From assembly GCA_965198225.1 (NCBI GenBank), contig CBDAOY010000004.1:384001-448000 (forward strand): a stretch of DNA of 64,000 bases, written 5' to 3'. Of the stretch, positions 58,313-64,000 are shown piece by piece. The position numbers and the translations under genes are program-made. Within the stretch, counting starts at the first letter, position 1; each line of letters opens with the position of its first letter. Source of the DNA: Terriglobia bacterium. GTDB lineage: Bacteria > Acidobacteriota > Terriglobia > 20CM-2-55-15. The notes beneath the pieces were generated by a model. The model was not told the DNA's origin, did no database searches, and saw nothing but the letters and a program-made list of their open reading frames with translations.

Positions 58313-61025
58313 TCAAAAACTGAAACGGAGACTGAACTGCACATTCCGCCCGTCATTCTGCGTGTTCGTGATCTGTCCGAAGGATTCTGCCGCCATTCGC
58401 TCGCTGGGGGGTGAAAACTGCGGATGGTTGAAGGCGTTGATGAATTCGGTTCGGAATAACAGCGTCTGGTCCCCGGACAGAGCGAACGTCCGGCTGATTG
58501 CGAGATTGAAGTTCATCGTGCCGTCTTTCCGGAACGAGTTACGCGCGAGGTTGCCGTAGCCGTCCCTGAAGGGGGCTTCCATGTCGAATGCGTCCCGCCG
58601 GAGTATCGCCAGCGCCGTGTCCGGATTGTCGACGCTGGCGCCCAGGATGCTGGTATCCAGGATCGATGGCCTGTCGCCGCGCTCGCCGTCGCCGTTCCCG
58701 AACGGCGGAGCGTCGGTTCCCGTCTGGATGGTGAACGGCGTTCCGTCCTTGAGGATCGTCATCCCGGAAACTGCCCATCCCCGCAGGAAACCGCCGGGCA
58801 GCTGAAAGGTGTATCCCAACTGCAGGCTGTGCGGTGCGTCGAAGCTGCTTCGGGCCTTCAGGTCCTGGAAAGCCATCGATTCGACCTGGGCATAGCGCTC
58901 CTGTCGGTTTGTTCCGGGGTTGGAAAAATTAGAGCCCGTGTCCAGAGCCTTGCTCCACGTGTAGGTTGCGCGTATCGCGAGGCCTCGGCTGAAGACCTTG
59001 TCGACGGAGAGCTGTGCGGCGTCGAAATAGCCCCGAGCCTGGTTGGTCATGCGCGCGATCGAGAAGAAGCGGTCGTCGGCCCTCCGGAGATTGGTTGTCT
59101 TCGTCACGAGGGGAATGCCCTCGACGCGCTCCGCGCGATTCTCGCGCACGATTCGGAACAGCTTCCATGTCCGGTTCCCGATGTAAGTGGCCTTCACCCT
59201 GAGATCGGCGAACAGCTCCCTTTCGAATTCGAGGGTGAACTGGTGGGAATAGGGGGTCACCAGTTCCGGGTCCATCACGTTCAATCCTGATCGGGGTGTT
59301 TCTCCTGGCTCCTGGACGAAATCCTTCAGCGGGTCCAGTAAATCGGGCGACTGCTGCACCACCCGGAAGATCTGGGGTGGATTCAGCCGGGCCGGCCGAA
59401 ACGTAGCGGCAAACACCGATCCATAGGAGATGCCATACCCGGCCCGGATCACCGTGGCGCCGCGATTCCAGGCCAGCCCGACGCGCGGGGCGAAGTTATT
59501 TGTGTCGGAGCCCTGTGGGAAATCGGTGAGCTGGTTCACCTCTGACGGCTTGCCTGCGAATTCGTAACGGAGACCCACGGTGAGGTGCAGGTCGGGCCGG
59601 ACACGGATGCGGTCGTTCACGAAGACGCTGAAATCGGTTTGCCGGAATCCGCGGTAGAGTTCGCCCAGTATGACCGTGTAACGCGTCGATCGCCCGGCTA
59701 GAAAGTTGTCGATTGCGGATCGGCCGAAATTTGCGTCGAACCCGAATGTGCCCCTGGCGCCGTCGGCCTGAAACTCGTTGAGTTGTGTCCGTTGAACCTC
59801 GCCCCCCCCAATCCAGCACATGGCGATCAAAGGTCGTAGTCCCCTGAACGAGATACTCGAAATCATTGCTCACGCGCAGGATCGGCAACTGGAAAGAAGG
59901 TCCCAGGAATGCGAGTCCGGAGATGTATATGAACGGCCCGACTGCCGCAGGCGGGATCACGACGTGTACCTTCCGTCGCAGGAAATTGAAGCCGGCCCGC
60001 AGATGGCTGCGGTCGCCGAGCTGTTGATCCAGAGCCAGGTTGAGCGTTTGGGGACGCAGGCGCTGGTCTGGATTCTGACCACCCACGAGTTCGAAACCGT
60101 CGATGAAATTGTCTCCGAACGAGTAACGCGTCGAAAAGAGCTGCCGGGACGTACGTGCCCAGTCCAGCCGAAAGCTCCCCCCACTGTTCCGGACGATCTG
60201 GATCGCGTTCGTGTTCAGCAGCCGCTGGTCGATTTCCGTCCTGTTGGGAACTTGGTCCGGGAAAGCGGCCAGCCACTTCTGGACCAGAGCCCGGACTTCG
60301 GGATCTCTCGCCGTTGAAACACGTTCGTTCGGCAGCGGGACGAGCACGTTGTCGTTCACGAATCCCGATTCCCGGGTTTCCTCTCCCGTGACGAGGAACG
60401 AAAGATTGTTCGCCCCCAGCGGTCCGCCGAACCGGAATCCATACTGATTCCGTCGCGACGGCAGAACGCTGCCGACTTGAAAGAACGTGCGAGCGTTCAG
60501 CCGGCTGTTGTTGTGGGTTCCGTACAGTTCCCCGTGGTAGCTGTCCTGCCGGTCGCTGCGGACGATCCGCGGGCCGGGTCCCACGCCGCCGAATTCGGCG
60601 GCATAGTTCTGGCGTGTCGCGGAAAATTCGGTCACGGGGCTGACCTGAGCGCCCTGGCGGTCGAGTGACTCTATCAGGGCCTGCGTGTCGACAAGGTTGA
60701 TCTGGATATTCTGGTTGCGGCGTGCACCTTCTGCCTGCTGTTCCTGGGATGCTTCAACCGATTCCGGGCTGACATCAATTTCGACCGACTCCGTCAGCGG
60801 GACCACGACGTCTGCAATGGATGCGACCACGGTCTCGCGGACCAGCGCGCGGACGGTGTAGGTGCCGTCGGGCAAGTCTTCAAACGCATACTCACCCGGC
60901 TCGGATGCGGCCATCTGGACGACGACCTCACCCGCACTGTCCTGGATAACGAGGCGAAGATCGTCCACGCTCTCGCCGACGTGGACGGTCAGGCTGACCG
61001 CGAATGCAAGGAATAAACCAATCAT
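58313..61025 (-). pseudogene. Oar-like TonB-dependent receptor with a +1 frameshift in a G8 run (59802-59809)
   Basis: Two ORFs are collinear with the intact paralog at 61195; C-terminal QFSLRFSF. Confidence 0.8.
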
Positions 61026-61081
61026 CGACGTAATGATATTCCAGGAAGGGGTTTCCAGAGAAGCGCTGAAATACCGGGGAC

Positions 61082-61193
61082 GTGTAGGTGCGGTCTATGA
61101 CCGCACAGTCTTCGAACCGCAGCAATGTGCGCTCTATGAGCGCACAAATGCTTCCAGAACCAGGAGTTGTGCGGTCATAGACCGCACCTACAC
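61082..61193. repeat. REP triplet (A-B-A)
   Basis: Three hairpins with about 20-bp linkers. Confidence 0.9.
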
Positions 61194-61194
61194 T

Positions 61195-63900
61195 TCAGAA
61201 ACTGAACCGCACAGTCACCTGCACAATCCGACCCGCGTTCTGTGTGTTGGTGATCTGACCGAAGTTCGGGTCGGTCAGGTTGGGCGACGGCGGCGCGAAC
61301 TGGGGGTGGTTGAAGGCGTTGATGAACTCCGCGCGCAGCAGGACCTCCCGCGTCTGATCCGAGGAAATGGGAATAGACCGTGACACGGCAACGTTGAAGT
61401 TCGTCGTGCCGTCCTTGCGGAAGGCGGCGCGGGAGAGGTTGCCGCGGAGTTCCCGGAACGGAGCCGACATATCGAAGGCGTTGCGACGCAACACTTTCCG
61501 AGCCGTGTCCGGATGATCGACGCTCGAGCCGAGCAGGCTGGGATCGAGGATGGACGGCCGATCGTTTCGCTCACCGTCCACGTTGCCGAACGGCGGCGAA
61601 TCTGTCCCGACCTCCACGCTGAATGGCGTGCCGTCTCGAAGTATCGCTGCCCCCGACACCGTAAGACCGCCCAGCCTGCGGGGTAGCACGTAGGAGTAAC
61701 CGACCAGAAAGCTGTGGGGGGCGTCGAATCGGCTCCGGGCTTTCAGGTCGACGAGACCGAGTTCCTCGGTTTGGGAGATGTTGGTTCGAATCCCCGTGTT
61801 CGAAAAATCGGTCGCCGTGTCCAGGGCTTTGCTGAACGTGTAGGTGGCTCTCAGGGCCAGACCCTGGCTGAAGACTTTGTCCACCGACAATTGTGCTGCG
61901 TCGAAATAGGCTCGTCCCTGATTCGTGACGTTCCGGACCGTGAAGAATCTCTGGTCCGGCCGCCGTTCGGGGATCGTGCGGGTCGTCAAAGCGATGCCGG
62001 CGACCCGTTCCGCCCGGTTGGCATAAGTATTCTGAAAGAGCCTCCAGTTCCTGCTCCCGATGTAGGTCGCGCGGAGTCTCAGGTTCGAGGAGAGCTGCCC
62101 TTCGACCTGCAGCGTGTAGTGCTGTATGTAGGGAGCCACCAACTCCGGGTCCAGCAGATTCCGAATGTGGCGCGGGATCTCGCCGGGAGTTTGGACGAAA
62201 TCCTTCAACGGATCCAGAAGGTCGGGGATCTGGATGTCGGCTCGAACGGCCTCCGGTGGGTTCAGACGGCCCTGCCGGAACGTAGCCGGGAAGATATCGC
62301 CGTAGGAGATTCCGTAGCCGGCACGTACGACGATACCGCCTCTCGAGTAAGCCAGACCGAGTCTGGGGCCGAAGTTGTTCGCGTCTGCGGTGAAAGGCAG
62401 TACGGTGAGCCCGTTGGCGTCCTTCGGCAGTCCGGCAAACTCATATCTCAAGCCGATCGTGAGATCCAGGCCCGGTGCCAACCGCACACGGTCGCTCACG
62501 AACAGGTTGATGTCGGTGCGCCTCCAGGCCCGGTAGAGGTTGCCTGACACGAAGCTGTACCGTGTCGCCGTTCCGTAGCGGAAGTTCTCCAGGCCGGTTC
62601 GGCCGAAGTTGTTGCTGAACGGTACGACGCCCCGTAACCCGTCACTGTGCAGTTCGTTGAGCTGCGATCGGACGACCTGAGCCCCCCAGTCCAGCTGATG
62701 TCGACCGACACTGGTGGCCCCCTGTGCCAGGTACTGGAAGTCGTTGCCGACCTGGAATATCGGCATGTTGAACGGAGGTCCCAGACTTTCGATCTCACGG
62801 CCAACGCTCACGCTTGGTCCGACCGAACCCGGCGGCACCAGCAGATGCACCTTTCGCCTCACGAAGTTGGTACCCAGCCGCAGTGTTGTGGCCGGGGAAA
62901 GCTGTTGTTGCCAGGCCAGATTCAACGTCTGGGGGCGCAAGCGCTGGTTCGGGTTCTGGCCGATCACGAGTTCGAAAGAATCGATGAAGTTGTCGTTGAT
63001 GGAGTACCGGGCGGACAACTGCTTCCCGTCGTCGGGTTCCCAATCGAGACGAAGGGCGCCGCCGGTGTTGCGGATCTTCTGCACCGCGTTGGTGTTCAGC
63101 ATGCGCGGATCGATTTCGGTCCGGTTCGGCGCTTCCTTCGGGTAGGCGTCCAGCCAACTCTGTATCAGTGCGTTCAGCTCCGGGTCCTCGGCCAGAGCCG
63201 TCCGTTCGGAAGGCAGGGGGACGCGGACGTTCCCGTTGACAAAACCGGATTCGCGGGTCTCCTCCGCTGTCCAGACGAATGACAAGCTGTCCGATCCCAG
63301 CGGACCGCCCATCCGGAAGCCATATTGATTACGGCGCGAAGGGAGGACGTCGCCCACCTGAAAGAACGTTCGGGCGTTCAGCACATTGTTGTTGTGCGTC
63401 CCGTAGATCTCACCGTGGTAGGCGCTTCGGCGGTCTCCCCGGATCACCTGCGGGTCCCGCCCGATCCCTCCCAGCTCGACCGCGTAGTTACCACGAGCGG
63501 CCGAGAATTCGACGATTGGCCTGACCTGTGCCCCCTGACGTTCGAGGGCCTCGTCGAGGGCCTCGTTGTCGACGAGGTTTACCTGAATGTTCTGGTTGCG
63601 CCGGGCTTCGGCTTCCTGCTGTGCAGACTGCTCAACGGATTCCCGCGTGACGGCGATTTCGATCGATTCCGTCAGCGGGACGTCGATGTCCGCCACCGAC
63701 GCCACGACCGTATCGAGCACCACCGCCCGAACCGTGTACCGGCCGTCGGGAAGCTCCTCGAAAATGTATTCTCCGGCCGTCGGCGCCGGAACCTGCCCGA
63801 CCACTTCCCCCGCACTGTTGCTCACGACCAGTTCGAGGTTCTGGACCGTATTCTGAAGATGGACCGTGAGGCCGAGGAATAAAACCAGCAGTTCAAACAT
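61195..63900 (-). CDS. Oar-like TonB-dependent receptor
   Basis: LNARTFF, RNQYG..GGP, GLRYE, D.NNF.PR.G.A, RAEF.NAFNHPQF, terminal Phe. Confidence 0.85.
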   Translation of the reverse strand: MFELLVLFLGLTVHLQNTVQNLELVVSNSAGEVVGQVPAPTAGEYIFEELPDGRYTVRAVVLDTVVASVADIDVPLTESIEIAVTRESVEQSAQQEAEARRNQNIQVNLVDNEALDEALERQGAQVRPIVEFSAARGNYAVELGGIGRDPQVIRGDRRSAYHGEIYGTHNNNVLNARTFFQVGDVLPSRRNQYGFRMGGPLGSDSLSFVWTAEETRESGFVNGNVRVPLPSERTALAEDPELNALIQSWLDAYPKEAPNRTEIDPRMLNTNAVQKIRNTGGALRLDWEPDDGKQLSARYSINDNFIDSFELVIGQNPNQRLRPQTLNLAWQQQLSPATTLRLGTNFVRRKVHLLVPPGSVGPSVSVGREIESLGPPFNMPIFQVGNDFQYLAQGATSVGRHQLDWGAQVVRSQLNELHSDGLRGVVPFSNNFGRTGLENFRYGTATRYSFVSGNLYRAWRRTDINLFVSDRVRLAPGLDLTIGLRYEFAGLPKDANGLTVLPFTADANNFGPRLGLAYSRGGIVVRAGYGISYGDIFPATFRQGRLNPPEAVRADIQIPDLLDPLKDFVQTPGEIPRHIRNLLDPELVAPYIQHYTLQVEGQLSSNLRLRATYIGSRNWRLFQNTYANRAERVAGIALTTRTIPERRPDQRFFTVRNVTNQGRAYFDAAQLSVDKVFSQGLALRATYTFSKALDTATDFSNTGIRTNISQTEELGLVDLKARSRFDAPHSFLVGYSYVLPRRLGGLTVSGAAILRDGTPFSVEVGTDSPPFGNVDGERNDRPSILDPSLLGSSVDHPDTARKVLRRNAFDMSAPFRELRGNLSRAAFRKDGTTNFNVAVSRSIPISSDQTREVLLRAEFINAFNHPQFAPPSPNLTDPNFGQITNTQNAGRIVQVTVRFSF

Positions 63901-63967
63901 CGCGAATCATCATAATCGAAGCCGTCGCCGCGTGCGTGGTCTAAAACATTACTGTCAGCCGGGGAAG

Positions 63968-64000
63968 GTGTAGGCGCGGTCTATGACCGCACAACTTGTG
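63968..64000 (+). repeat. REP (cut by the window edge)
   Basis: GTGTAGGCGCGGTCTATGACCGCAC. Confidence 0.85.

Noticed and set aside
61082-61193. CRISPR mini-array
   Set aside because: The units are inverted or alternating hairpins with conserved linkers, dispersed across the window, with no cas genes. This fits REP/BIME.

Overview
GC-rich bacterial accessory region, most likely Acidobacteriota (inferred from three intact ADOP-type duplicated ABC permeases, a PadR/ADOP remnant and Oar-like TonB-dependent receptors). It encodes many exported hydrolases, TPR proteins, c-di-GMP signalling proteins, a VapBC toxin-antitoxin pair, surE and a TetR-trxA operon. Mobile DNA is dense and nested. An IS1595-family element (3837-8561) carries a HEPN-like passenger gene that is split by an IS21 element (5294-7852, 6-bp target duplication). 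An IS1182 element and a ~200-bp MITE are each inserted into GTAG-type REP doublets, which occur at 11 loci. A 275-bp CTAG-flanked MITE sits on TAG stop codons. About 11 genes are truncated, frameshifted or internally deleted. I found no rRNA, tRNA or CRISPR. All calls were made by eye from motifs, without database searches.
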